In this document: in pieces, positions 52,524 through 62,768 of the stretch
Layout: each line of letters opens with the position of its first letter
How positions within the stretch are numbered: position 1 is the stretch's first letter
From: Candidatus Zhuqueibacterota bacterium
Lineage (GTDB): Bacteria; Zhuqueibacterota; Zhuqueibacteria; Thermofontimicrobiales; Thermofontimicrobiaceae
DNA length: 64,000 nucleotides
Assembly: GCA_034506395.1 (NCBI GenBank)
Contig: JAPDPQ010000003.1
Span: forward strand, 162,818 to 226,817
Reading direction: 5' to 3'
Translations under genes and position numbers: made by a program
The notes under the pieces: generated by a model
The model's input: the letters and a program-made list of their open reading frames with translations, nothing else
The model's database searches: none
What the model was told of the DNA's origin: nothing

Positions 52524-53861
52524 ATGAGACTGAAGCGATTAACGTTCAAGGGCGGTGTCCATCCGCCAGAGCGTAAAGAATTATCTGAAGAACAAGCCAT
52601 TGAAGCACTTCCATTGCCCTCGTATGTAGTGATTCCATTGCAGCAGCATCTGGGAGCGCCAGCAGAGCCGATTGTCGCTGTGGGCGATATGGTGCGCACT
52701 GGGGATAAAATTTGTGAGGCCAAGGGCTTTGTTTCCGTTCCTTCTCATGCCTCAATCTCTGGCAAAGTCAAAGCAATCGAAAAACGTCCCCATCCTGTGG
52801 CAGGTGAGGCCTTAGCCATCGTGATTGAAAGCGATGGCAAGGATGAAATGTCTCCCAACATTGGTCCAGTGGCGAATTATCTGGCACTGGATGTGGAAGA
52901 AATGAAGAAGAAAATTCAGCAAGCTGGGTTAGCTGGAATGGGCGGCGCGGCATTTCCTACCCATGTCAAGCTTTCTCCCCCAGCTAATAAGCCCATCGAT
53001 ACTTTCATTTTGAACGGAGCCGAATGCGAACCCTATCTCACAGCCGATCATCGGCTGATGCTGGAACATCCCAATGAAATCCTGGAAGGCGTCCGAATCA
53101 TCATGAAAATCCTGGGCTGCAAAAATGGCTATATTGCAATTGAAAAGAACAAGCCCGATGCCATTGCTGTATTTCAAAAATTGGTCAATGAAGCTGGAGA
53201 CAACCTGAGGGTAGTGGCGCTCAATGTCAAATATCCACAGGGCGCTGAAAAGCAATTGATCAAAGCCATCACGAATCGCAAGGTTCCGGCTGGTGGTTTG
53301 CCCATGGATGTGGGCTGCTTGGTCCATAACGTGGGGACAGCCAAGGCGGTCTACGAGGCAGTTGCGCTGAATAAACCGCTGTATGAGCGGGTAGTGACCG
53401 TTTCAGGCAGGGGCATCCGACAGCCGAAGAACCTGCGGGTGCGCATTGGGACGCCATTTCAAAATCTGATCGATTTTTGTGGCGGTCTCAGTGACGATAC
53501 GGTAAAAATCATCAATGGCGGACCGATGATGGGGATCGCCCAATACACCCTCGAAGTCCCAGTCACGAAAGGCACCTCGGGCATTCTGGCGTTAACCTCA
53601 TCAGAGACGCGTATCGCTGAGCCCCAGCCGTGCATCCGTTGCGGCCGCTGCGTCGAGGTCTGTCCCATGAATCTCCTCCCAAATACGTTAGCCAGGCTGG
53701 TCGAATACAAGCGCTTCGACGAGGCAAGGGAGCTGGGTGTGTTGGACTGCATCGAATGTGGCTCCTGCGCCTTTGTTTGTCCCTCGAAAATCCGTCACGT
53801 CCATCATATTAAATTCGGCAAACTGGAAGTGACCAAGATGATGAAAGCGAAAGCAGCTTAA
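52524..53861 (+). CDS. rnfC: Rnf electron-transport complex subunit C
   Basis: NADH-binding fold and two 4Fe-4S motifs (CIRCGRCVEVCP, CIECGSCAFVCP). Confidence 0.92.
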   Translation: MRLKRLTFKGGVHPPERKELSEEQAIEALPLPSYVVIPLQQHLGAPAEPIVAVGDMVRTGDKICEAKGFVSVPSHASISGKVKAIEKRPHPVAGEALAIVIESDGKDEMSPNIGPVANYLALDVEEMKKKIQQAGLAGMGGAAFPTHVKLSPPANKPIDTFILNGAECEPYLTADHRLMLEHPNEILEGVRIIMKILGCKNGYIAIEKNKPDAIAVFQKLVNEAGDNLRVVALNVKYPQGAEKQLIKAITNRKVPAGGLPMDVGCLVHNVGTAKAVYEAVALNKPLYERVVTVSGRGIRQPKNLRVRIGTPFQNLIDFCGGLSDDTVKIINGGPMMGIAQYTLEVPVTKGTSGILALTSSETRIAEPQPCIRCGRCVEVCPMNLLPNTLARLVEYKRFDEARELGVLDCIECGSCAFVCPSKIRHVHHIKFGKLEVTKMMKAKAA

Positions 53862-53894
53862 TGGCCTCTTTGAATGAGATAAGGAATCCGTGGT

Positions 53895-55010
53895 ATGGAA
53901 AAAAAATGGTTCGTGACTGCTTCTCCTCATATTGCTGATCAAGAGTCAATTCCGAAAATCATGTACGGCGTCGTGATCTCGCTGATCCCAGCGATGTTGG
54001 GTGCGATCTATTTTTTCGGCCCTCATGCAGGCTGGGTCATGTTGGTAGCTGTTGCCAGCGCCGTTGCCACCGAAGCGATTATTGAAAAATTGATGAAAAA
54101 GCCCATCACGGTTCGAGATGGCAGCGCCGTGGTCACTGGAATCCTTTTGGCCATGAACGTCCCCGCTGAAGTCCCGTGGTGGATCCCGCTGATCGGCTCT
54201 GCTTTTGCCATCGCCATCGGCAAAATCCCGTTCGGTGGTTTGGGATATAATCCCATGAACCCGGCCCTATTAGGCCGGGCTTTCTTATTGGCCTCTTGGC
54301 CAACTCACATGACCATCTTCAAAACCAGACCGTTAGAGTGGATTACTCATCACCCTGGTCTGGCACAATTTCTATCGAAATTATCGCTTTACACGCCAGA
54401 TCCAACGGGAAAATTTAGCCTTTCTGGGATCGATGTCATTACTACCGCCACGCCGCTTAATGTGTTCAAGCAGCAAAAAGACGCCATCCTCCGATTTGCC
54501 GATGATCCGAGCATGACAGAAAAAGTGAAAACTGCCCATGAAGCCATTAGCCAGCTTTATGATTCGTATGGCAATCTGTTTTGGGGCAAAATCGGCGGGT
54601 GTATCGGGGAGACTTCGGTATTTCTGCTTTTAATTGGCGCCATTTATCTGATCTATAAGCGTTACATTCGCCTGCGAATTCCGCTCAGCTATATCGGCAC
54701 CGTCGCCATCCTCTCTTGGATCTTCGGCGGTGTAGATGGGCTATTCAGTGGGGATCCCTTGTTCCATGTTTTAGCTGGCGGGCTAATGCTGGGTGCTTTC
54801 TATATGGCTACTGATATGGTGACTTCGCCAGTCACTTCTGCTGGAGGTTACATCTTCGGCATTGGCTGTGGCATCATTACAGTGCTGATCCGTTTGATCG
54901 GCGGCTACCCCGAGGGCGTCTCTTATTCGATTCTATTGATGAACCTCACTGTCCCGCTGATCGATCGTTATACCAAGCCAAAAACATTTGGAAAGGTGAA
55001 GAACAAATGA
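53895..55010 (+). CDS. rnfD: Rnf complex subunit D
   Basis: NqrB/RnfD polytopic membrane protein. Confidence 0.9.
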   Translation: MEKKWFVTASPHIADQESIPKIMYGVVISLIPAMLGAIYFFGPHAGWVMLVAVASAVATEAIIEKLMKKPITVRDGSAVVTGILLAMNVPAEVPWWIPLIGSAFAIAIGKIPFGGLGYNPMNPALLGRAFLLASWPTHMTIFKTRPLEWITHHPGLAQFLSKLSLYTPDPTGKFSLSGIDVITTATPLNVFKQQKDAILRFADDPSMTEKVKTAHEAISQLYDSYGNLFWGKIGGCIGETSVFLLLIGAIYLIYKRYIRLRIPLSYIGTVAILSWIFGGVDGLFSGDPLFHVLAGGLMLGAFYMATDMVTSPVTSAGGYIFGIGCGIITVLIRLIGGYPEGVSYSILLMNLTVPLIDRYTKPKTFGKVKNK

Positions 55011-55609
55011 AAGACATCGTGAAACTGGGATTGATCTTGTTATTGGTTACTGCATTGGCTGGAGCTGCCCTTTCAATCGTCAATAACATCACTAAACCGC
55101 GTATCGAAGAACAAAAACGGCTGGTTACCGCATTAGCACTGACGGCTGCTCTGCCCGATGCCGCAAACGGCGTGATCGAACCTGACACCACTTCCAAACA
55201 AATTCATTTTTATCGCGGCTACCGGGATAGCTCAAAACAGCAGCTCGTCGGATATGCGTTCCTCGCCATGGAAAATGGCTATTCTAGCCAGATCGAAACC
55301 ATGGTCGGAATCGATACCACTGGAAGGATTGTCGGCATAAAGATTTTGCGGCAATTGGAAACCCCAGGTTTAGGCACGAAAATCGAGGAAATCCGGCACG
55401 GGGAGACCATGCCCTATTTTCAGCGCCAATTTCTTAACCAATTCGCCGATCAAATCGCGGTGGATAAGGATGGGGGCACCATTGAAAGCATCACCGGGGC
55501 GACCATCTCTTCCCGCGCCGTCACCAACTCGATCAAAAACAGCTTCCTGAAATTGCAGCAGCAAATAGGTGAGGTGAAAAAAACACCAGCAGCAATCAAT
55601 AATCAGTGA
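55007..55609 (+). CDS. rnfG: Rnf complex subunit G (FMN-binding)
   Basis: FMN-attachment TGATISS motif; 4-bp overlap with rnfD. Confidence 0.9.
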   Translation: MKDIVKLGLILLLVTALAGAALSIVNNITKPRIEEQKRLVTALALTAALPDAANGVIEPDTTSKQIHFYRGYRDSSKQQLVGYAFLAMENGYSSQIETMVGIDTTGRIVGIKILRQLETPGLGTKIEEIRHGETMPYFQRQFLNQFADQIAVDKDGGTIESITGATISSRAVTNSIKNSFLKLQQQIGEVKKTPAAINNQ

Positions 55610-55648
55610 TCAGTGATCAGTAATCAGTAATCAGTGATCAGTGCTCAG
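55602..55648. repeat. Heptameric tandem repeat (TCAGTRA) x ~6, overlapping and following the rnfG stop; same family as 64-164, inverted
   Basis: Direct reading: aatcagtgatcagtgatcagtaatcagtaatcagtgatcagtgctcagt. Confidence 0.85.
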
Positions 55649-55770
55649 TTATTGGGGTCATTCTTGGGTTTCAGAAGAAATAAAATTGCAATAACCAATA
55701 ATTGATCTGTCGATAGAAACGATTCATTGCCTCGAATATTAGGAAAATTCAACAACGATAGGAAATCGCT

Positions 55771-56367
55771 ATGTCAGCATCATATGAGCTTTTCAAAGGG
55801 TTGTATAAAGAAAACCCTATTTTCAGAGTGCTGTTAGGGCTTTGTCCAGCGCTGGCCACTTCCAATTCGTTGCAAAACGCTGTTGGCATGGGCGCTGCGG
55901 CCACCTTTGTACTATTTAGCTCCAATTTCATCATTTCCTTGATTCGCAAGGGTGTGCCCAACAAGATCCGCATTCCGATCTTTATCGTCGTCATCGCCAC
56001 TTTTGTGACGATCACCGATCTATCGCTCCAGGCATTTGCCCCGACCCTCAGCAAATCCTTAGGCGTATTCGTCCCATTGATCGTCGTAAACTGCATCATT
56101 CTTGGTCGAGCCGAGGCGTTTGCCAGCAAAAATGGCGTCTTGCTCTCGATCCTCGATGGGCTTGGCATGGGGCTCGGCTTCACTTTTGCTCTAAGCTTGG
56201 TGGCTATCGTTCGCGAATTGCTTGGGACTGGAAAACTTTGGGGCATCCCGGTGTTCGGAACCAGTTTCGAGCCGATGCTGATCCTCATTTTGCCGCCTGG
56301 GGCATTTCTTACCTTAGGCCTATTCATCGGTTTCTTCAATTGGCTGGAAAAAAAGCGCGCTCATTAG
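55771..56367 (+). CDS. rnfE: Rnf complex subunit E
   Basis: NqrD/RnfE family. Confidence 0.9.
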   Translation: MSASYELFKGLYKENPIFRVLLGLCPALATSNSLQNAVGMGAAATFVLFSSNFIISLIRKGVPNKIRIPIFIVVIATFVTITDLSLQAFAPTLSKSLGVFVPLIVVNCIILGRAEAFASKNGVLLSILDGLGMGLGFTFALSLVAIVRELLGTGKLWGIPVFGTSFEPMLILILPPGAFLTLGLFIGFFNWLEKKRAH

Positions 56368-56397
56368 GCGACTGTTCAGATTTGAAGGAGCATTGTC

Positions 56398-57039
56398 ATG
56401 GATTTGAGAGAATTGTTCATCATCATCATTACTGCGGTTTTTATCAATAATTTCGTATTCGCCAGATTTTTGGGCACGTGCCCCTATCTGGGTGTCTCAA
56501 AGAAATTGGACTCCGCCCTCGGCATGGGGATGGCAGTGATTTTCGTGCTCGTCATGGCCTCTGCCGTCACCTGGATCGCTTTTAATTATTTGCTTCAACC
56601 CACTACTTCCATTTTTAAATATCTCTTTGCCTCACATCAGGCTCCAGATCTGACTTTCTTGCGGACCATCGTTTTCATCTTGGTCATCGCATCCCTGGTC
56701 CAGTTCGTCGAGATGGTGATCCAGAAATTCAGCCCGACCCTTTATAAAGCGCTGGGCATCTACCTTCCATTGATCACCACGAACTGCATCATCCTGGCGG
56801 TAGCAATTCTAAATGTCAGCCCAGATCCACAATATAATTTCAACTTCATCGAAAGTATCGTCCATGGCTTTTCCGCCGGCGTCGGATTCATGCTTGCGCT
56901 CATCCTCATGGCCGGAATCCGTGAACGGCTCGAACTAGCGCCGGTTCCTGCTCCGCTCAGAGGGGTTCCAATCGCTTTCATCATGGCAGGTCTCATGGCA
57001 ATCGCCTTCCTGGGATTCTCCGGATTGAAAATAAAATAA
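56398..57039 (+). CDS. rnfA: Rnf complex subunit A
   Basis: NqrE/RnfA family. Confidence 0.9.
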   Translation: MDLRELFIIIITAVFINNFVFARFLGTCPYLGVSKKLDSALGMGMAVIFVLVMASAVTWIAFNYLLQPTTSIFKYLFASHQAPDLTFLRTIVFILVIASLVQFVEMVIQKFSPTLYKALGIYLPLITTNCIILAVAILNVSPDPQYNFNFIESIVHGFSAGVGFMLALILMAGIRERLELAPVPAPLRGVPIAFIMAGLMAIAFLGFSGLKIK

Positions 57040-57142
57040 TTTAGACGAAAAATCGGCTCTCTCCCCTGAGGGCAAAATTTGCACCTGAGGGGATCAGCTG
57101 CAGGCAAACTGCCGATAGCGGTCTGAATACCATTCAAATTCC

Positions 57143-57167
57143 AGCAGCGCATCCACGCTGCTTTTCC
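57143..57167 (+). terminator. Hairpin agcagc-gcatccac-gctgct followed by TTTCC, about 100 bp after rnfA
   Basis: Seen in sequence; short T-tract. Confidence 0.3.
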
Positions 57168-57480
57168 TTAAAATTTGGACCCCGATTTTTCTCTTTTTTG
57201 TTTATTGCACTGAAACCCGTTCATCGGGGCAAATATCTCTCCTCATGACCAGGGTGAGCTCATGAGGACGGAAAACATAGCCTCTGGAAGGCCATTTGAT
57301 CAGCGAGAAGTTTGGATTTCAGTCTCTCTCGTTCATCTCGATGATGAGCCCGCCCTGGTTCTTGCTATTGACACATCCGAGCAAGAACCTGAAGGAAAAC
57401 ACAAGCAAAAAGCTTGGGCCAGAAATAAAAACTAAAAGAAAATCTATCAAAAGCAATACCAAACAAAGGTAAACACAACC

Positions 57481-58527
57481 ATGGATCACCGTATCAATCG
57501 CTGCCAGCACCTCATCGCGCTGATATTTTTAATAGCGTTATTGCCACTGTTCTTAATATGGCCCACGCTTGTTTCGAGCAATGAGCAAAACGTCGAGGCA
57601 AGGGTCTGGTATTTTCTGCAAAAATATAGCCCCAATAGCTATTACCTTGTCGAACAATATCTGAAATCGCCAAGAGCATTTCAATTGGGCCGGGTAACGA
57701 TTAACCTTGGAGAAAAAGGATCATTGCTTCGATACATCGATGGCACTTCTGATAGTGATATCGTTGGTTCGCTCAATACCTTGGTTCATGAGGTCTGCCA
57801 CGGTTATACGAGGACCGTGGTGTATCAGTACCTTCAACAAAACCCTAATATCTTCTATAATTTTGGGAGCAAATATTTGCTCTACTACATTGACAGTCTT
57901 CGCTCTATTTTGGTGCCACAAACTCCAGTTTTTCCAACCAAGGAGATTCATCGAGTCGTTCCCAAACCGCTCCGATCGCTGCGGTATGAGACCTATATTT
58001 TTCCCTCCTCAGCAGCCCTGGGAGCTCAGGTGGATGGCATCTACGGGCTTCTGGACGAGTGGAACGCTTATTATCATGGTACCAGAACTGACATTGATTT
58101 ATTCGATTATTATGCCGAAAAAGCCCAAAAGAAACCAAGCTATTGGCTGGAATTTTTCTCCGCGGTAAATGGGACTTATTACGCCCATGTCGAGTTCAAA
58201 TTCTATACGCTAAAATATTTGATGCTTGCACGAGAAGAATATCCTCAGATATATGACCAGATTTTAGCGAACAAAAAATTCGCCGCAGCATTCTTGACCA
58301 TCGATGGCAAGTTCACCGATTTGATTGACCAATATTTCAAACTGAAAAGCAAGGTCTTCGCGGAGCTCCGAGAGCGGAACATCGAATTTAGCGAAGATGA
58401 GGATTACGTCTATATCGGCAACGCTGGTCGTGGCAATTTTCTGAAAATATACAACCAACTCTCAGAAGAATTAAATAAGCCGGATTATCAGGAAATGCTT
58501 AGTATCATCAGATCAGCAGCCGAGTGA
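57481..58527 (+). CDS. Hypothetical membrane-anchored/exported protein with HExxH motif (putative zinc metallopeptidase-like)
   Basis: N-terminal TM/signal anchor; LVHEVCHGY; Tyr/aromatic-rich; no recognised family. Confidence 0.5.
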   Translation: MDHRINRCQHLIALIFLIALLPLFLIWPTLVSSNEQNVEARVWYFLQKYSPNSYYLVEQYLKSPRAFQLGRVTINLGEKGSLLRYIDGTSDSDIVGSLNTLVHEVCHGYTRTVVYQYLQQNPNIFYNFGSKYLLYYIDSLRSILVPQTPVFPTKEIHRVVPKPLRSLRYETYIFPSSAALGAQVDGIYGLLDEWNAYYHGTRTDIDLFDYYAEKAQKKPSYWLEFFSAVNGTYYAHVEFKFYTLKYLMLAREEYPQIYDQILANKKFAAAFLTIDGKFTDLIDQYFKLKSKVFAELRERNIEFSEDEDYVYIGNAGRGNFLKIYNQLSEELNKPDYQEMLSIIRSAAE

Positions 58528-58545
58528 ATGGTTGGAGGAGTGGAT

Positions 58546-59187
58546 ATGAATAACATCGAGGATTTTTTTCAGCAACTAACAAATCCAGAGCGCGCTGTCA
58601 TTGAGAGATTCGCTGCTCCGATTGATATTCAACGCTTTCTCGATACACTGCCGTATAGTACCGATTCGTTCTATCGCTGTCCGCTCCGTGTATTGCGAGA
58701 TCGCACTGCCCATTGTTTTGACGGGGCACTATTTGCCGCGGCCATGCTGCGCCGTCTGGGCTTCCCTCCGCTCATTCTCGATCTGCTCCCCAATGAACGC
58801 GACGATGACCATTTGCTCGCTCTTTTTAAATTCGATGGCTATTGGGGCGCTGTGGCGAAATCAAATTTCGTCGGCCTGCGTTTCCGCGAGCCAGTGTATC
58901 GCTCGATCCGCGAATTAGTCATGTCCTATTTCGAGCACTATTTCAACGTCGCTGCCGAAAAAACCTTGCGCGCTTACGCTGGACCACTGAACTTGATTGG
59001 CTTCGATCGCCTCCATTGGATGACCGAAGATTACGGCCTGGAGCAAATTGCCCAACGACTTGATCAATTACGTCGCATCTCGATTATTTCGGAACGCAGT
59101 GTTGGCATCCTTTCCCCAGTGGATGATCGCTCCTATCAAGCAGGTCTCCTTGGTGCAAACCAGGCTGGGCTGTTCAAAATTAATTGA
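58546..59187 (+). CDS. Hypothetical protein with Cys...His...Asp pattern resembling a transglutaminase-like/papain-fold core
   Basis: AHCFDGALFAAAMLRRLGFPP then DDDHLLALFKFDGYWG. Start MNNIEDFF with GGAGG RBS; the stop of the upstream gene abuts. Confidence 0.45.
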   Translation: MNNIEDFFQQLTNPERAVIERFAAPIDIQRFLDTLPYSTDSFYRCPLRVLRDRTAHCFDGALFAAAMLRRLGFPPLILDLLPNERDDDHLLALFKFDGYWGAVAKSNFVGLRFREPVYRSIRELVMSYFEHYFNVAAEKTLRAYAGPLNLIGFDRLHWMTEDYGLEQIAQRLDQLRRISIISERSVGILSPVDDRSYQAGLLGANQAGLFKIN

Positions 59188-59498
59188 TTCCAATCTCGTT
59201 CCATTCAACTCGATTGAACCTCGATGGATTTCATGAAGTATAAATAACTCGATTTCGACCACCATCATGCATTTTAAAAATTGGCATCCGCTCAATTTTG
59301 AACCAGATGCAGTGAAATTCAAAATAAGAATTTTTGTTTGAGATTGATCATTTTTTTCATCCCTGGTGACTCGCGTGTCAAAGTTTCTATTTTCGATACC
59401 AAATCGCATTGATAAACTATTCAACGCGATCGCCAGAGGTCTAATCAATTTTATCGGCAATTACGTATCATTTCTTGATTATCTATATAAAATTAACC

Positions 59499-60311
59499 AT
59501 GTCAGAAAAAGAACACTCATCATCTCAACCGGAATCAGAGAAAAACTTGGACCAGAACGAAAAGGTCATGCCATTCCTGGATCATCTCGAAGAGCTCAGG
59601 CAGCGTCTGTTGAGATGCATCATCGCCATTTTCAGTCTCAGCATCATCAGCTATATCTTTTCGAAACAGATCATGGCGATTCTCTTGCGCCCATTTCCGC
59701 GAGAAGACAAGCTCATCTTCCTCTCGCCCCAGGAAGGCTTCATGATTTATATCACTATTTCGCTGTTCGCAGGACTGATCCTCAGTTTGCCAATTATCTT
59801 CTACGAACTCTGGCAATTCGTACGACCCGGGCTATATGCAAAAGAGCGCAAATATACCATCCGCATCGTGTTCTTCTCCACGTTTTTCTTCCTACTTGGG
59901 GCTTTGTTTTGCTATTTCGTCGTGATCCCTTATGGTCTGAACTTTCTATTGAGCTTTGCCAGCGATCAGCTTACCCCGACCATCCAGATCAAAGAGTACT
60001 TGAAATTCATCACCCTGTTGATCTTGGTATTTGGCATTGTGTTCGAGTTGCCATTGCTATCTTTTTTCCTGACCAAATTGGGCTTGCTCACCCCACAATT
60101 TCTGCGGACCAAGCGGCGCTATGGCATCGTCGCCATCTTCATCGCTGCGGCTGTGCTCACGCCCACAACTGATATTATCAGCCAGTTGCTTTTGGCAGTA
60201 CCATTAATGATCCTCTACGAGATCAGTATCTGGGTTTCTCGGGCAGCTCTGCCAAGGAAAAAATCAAAGGACCAAATAAAAATGGAGGAAACAACCGATA
60301 ATGGTTCTTGA
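59499..60311 (+). CDS. tatC: Twin-arginine translocase subunit TatC
   Basis: MPFLDHLEELRQRLL signature, six TM helices. Start uncertain (59475 or 59499). Confidence 0.85.
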   Translation: MSEKEHSSSQPESEKNLDQNEKVMPFLDHLEELRQRLLRCIIAIFSLSIISYIFSKQIMAILLRPFPREDKLIFLSPQEGFMIYITISLFAGLILSLPIIFYELWQFVRPGLYAKERKYTIRIVFFSTFFFLLGALFCYFVVIPYGLNFLLSFASDQLTPTIQIKEYLKFITLLILVFGIVFELPLLSFFLTKLGLLTPQFLRTKRRYGIVAIFIAAAVLTPTTDIISQLLLAVPLMILYEISIWVSRAALPRKKSKDQIKMEETTDNGS

Positions 60312-61362
60312 TGACTATCGAAAACTTACAGAAGCTGAGCTTCGAGAACGCATCCTGACCAAAAAATCCCAAATGCAACAGCGACTGGTGATTCTCGGAC
60401 ATCACTATCAGCGCGATGAGGTGATCGAATTTGCCGATTTCCGGGGAGATTCATTTGGACTCTGTCAGCAAGCTGCCCAGCAAACGGCGGCTCAATTCAT
60501 TGTGTTCAGCGGCGTTCATTTTATGGCCGAAGCTGCCGATATCATTTCGCGGCCCGATCAGATCGTGCAATTGCCTGATTTGACCGCAGGGTGCCCCTTG
60601 GCCAATTTCGCAGAGTTAGATGATGTTCAACTTGCCTGGCAACAACTCACTGAAATCTGCGGAGACACTCAGATCACGCCCATTACCTATATCAACTCCT
60701 CGGCCGAGATCAAAGCGTTTTGCGGCGAGCACGGCGGAACGGTTTGCACATCTTCCAATGCCTTGGCTGCCATGCAATGGGGCTTTCAGCAATCGCAACG
60801 CGTACTTTTTTTCCCAGATCGGCATCTAGGCACCAATACGGCCAATCAGCTCGGCATCCCAAAGGAGCAGCGGATCATCTGGGATCCTGCCCTCCCCCGC
60901 GGCGGCAATACAATTGATCAGATCGAACAAGCCCGGCTCATCCTTTGGAATGGCTATTGTCATGTCCACACGTGGTTCAATCTCAACCATATAGCAACGA
61001 TCAGAAATGCTTTCCCCACGGCAAAAATTGTCGTTCACCCCGAGTGCCCAGAACCAGTCGTCAACGCAGCGGATGCAGCGGGGTCAACGTCCTTTATCAT
61101 AAAATTTGTCGAACAAGCCAGCACTGGCTCTGTCATTGCGATCGGCACCGAGCTGAACTTGGTCCAACGGCTGGCAAAAACGCATCCCGATAAAAGAATT
61201 GTCCCCCTTGCCCGCTCGCTGTGTCCCAATATGTACAAGATCAATCTGGTTAACTTGTGCTGGACGCTCGAGCATCTTGGTGAGGTGAATATCGTCACTG
61301 TCCCCGAGCTGGTCAAAGGTTATGCCCGAATAGCGATAGACCGAATGCTGCAGATCAAATGA
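60301..61362 (+). CDS. nadA: Quinolinate synthase NadA (long form)
   Basis: VILGHHYQ...DFRGDS...VHFMAE motifs; 11-bp overlap with tatC. Confidence 0.9.
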   Translation: MVLDDYRKLTEAELRERILTKKSQMQQRLVILGHHYQRDEVIEFADFRGDSFGLCQQAAQQTAAQFIVFSGVHFMAEAADIISRPDQIVQLPDLTAGCPLANFAELDDVQLAWQQLTEICGDTQITPITYINSSAEIKAFCGEHGGTVCTSSNALAAMQWGFQQSQRVLFFPDRHLGTNTANQLGIPKEQRIIWDPALPRGGNTIDQIEQARLILWNGYCHVHTWFNLNHIATIRNAFPTAKIVVHPECPEPVVNAADAAGSTSFIIKFVEQASTGSVIAIGTELNLVQRLAKTHPDKRIVPLARSLCPNMYKINLVNLCWTLEHLGEVNIVTVPELVKGYARIAIDRMLQIK

Positions 61363-61402
61363 ACTGGCACAGAATTGTGAAAAATTACAGAGATTAACAA
61401 AT

Positions 61403-61434
61403 AATGTCATACCTGCAGAAGCAGGCATCCTTTC
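61403..61434 (+). repeat. AATGTCA-leader hairpin element, copy 3 (aatgtcatacctgc-agaa-gcaggcatcctttc), 40 bp after nadA
   Basis: Seen in sequence. Confidence 0.55.
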
Positions 61435-61525
61435 AAAGGCTGCTTCAGCGACGCAGTGGGACTCCAGCATTGATAGGAGCGACATTTTCAGATTCACGAT
61501 TTGCTCATTTCACAAGCCTTGAGAA

Positions 61526-62401
61526 TTGATAAATATAGAGAACGAATTTTTCGTGAACGCATCATCCTATCACATTGTTTCTCAGTCGAAAGTGGATCTC
61601 CATATTCACTCCAACCGTTCAGATGGCGCATTTTCCGCAAAGGAGATCATTGACTACGCCAGAAAGATCGGCTTGAAAGCCATCAGTATCACCGATCACG
61701 ACGATATCGCCGGCCTTGAGGAAGCGCTTCACTATAGCCGACATCAGGGCATTGAGTTCATCCCAGGAGTCGAATTGTCCGCCCGTTCCCGTCCATTCGA
61801 CATCCACTTGCTTGGCTATTTTATCGATCATCGGAATCAACATTTGAACCGATATATTGCCTTCTTTCAACAGGAGCGGCTCGGACGTGCCAAGAAAATT
61901 TTGGAGCTGCTCAAAAAATACGGCATCTATTTGTCGCTGGACTTAATCCTGAAAAAATCTGGTCAGGGCTCCATCGGTCGACCTCATATCGCCGAGGCGA
62001 TGGTCGAAGATGGCTACGTTCATAGCTATCAGGAAGCCTTCAACAAATACATCGGCGACGGCTGCCCCTGTTGCGTCCCCAAATTTAAAATCACTCCCAG
62101 CGAAGCGATTTCTCTGATCAATCAGGCTGGCGGTCTCTGCGTCATTGCTCATCCCGGAATGGATATAACCGATGATGGTTTGATGGACCTGATCAAGCTT
62201 GGACTTCAGGGCATAGAAACCATCCATCCCCGACACACTCAAAAACAAGTGGACCACTATCGCGAGATCATTCAAAAACATCATTTGCTCGAAACTGGTG
62301 GCTCGGATTGTCACGCTGAAAACAAATCCCCAGTCATGATCGGCCAATTCAATATCCCGTATAGCTTCGTGGAAAAAATGAAGGAGAGATTGGGAAAATA
62401 A
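61526..62401 (+). CDS. PHP-domain metal-dependent phosphoesterase (TrpH/YciV-like)
   Basis: DLHIHSNRSDG...ITDHD motifs. Confidence 0.8.
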   Translation: MINIENEFFVNASSYHIVSQSKVDLHIHSNRSDGAFSAKEIIDYARKIGLKAISITDHDDIAGLEEALHYSRHQGIEFIPGVELSARSRPFDIHLLGYFIDHRNQHLNRYIAFFQQERLGRAKKILELLKKYGIYLSLDLILKKSGQGSIGRPHIAEAMVEDGYVHSYQEAFNKYIGDGCPCCVPKFKITPSEAISLINQAGGLCVIAHPGMDITDDGLMDLIKLGLQGIETIHPRHTQKQVDHYREIIQKHHLLETGGSDCHAENKSPVMIGQFNIPYSFVEKMKERLGK

Positions 62402-62658
62402 CCTGAGAGACATCCCTTGGAATGACTTATTCCGACCAATAAAAGCAACAAATCTTTAATCCCCTTGCCCCTTATCAATGTGTCATACCAAGCTAACTGA
62501 CTGAAGGAAGTGTTGCACTCTCTAGGTTTATAAATCTTGTTAAATTGAGGTCATATCACTCGCAGATTCCTGCCCGCTAAATGCCAATAAGAATGGCAGA
62601 GAATTAAGTTTATATTATGGCATCGATTGATTCTATTAAAATAGGATTCGGAGAATAC

Positions 62659-62690
62659 AGTGTCATTGCTGCAAAAGCAGGGATCTTTTT
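62659..62690 (+). repeat. AATGTCA-leader hairpin element, copy 4 (agtgtcattgctgc-aaaa-gcagggatcttttt)
   Basis: Seen in sequence. Confidence 0.5.
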
Positions 62691-62768
62691 AGAAATTGAG
62701 GCTTGGCTTTAATAGGCTTGCAGATGCCTGCCTGGACAATGTGGCCTTATTTGACCTTGTGGAGTAGA

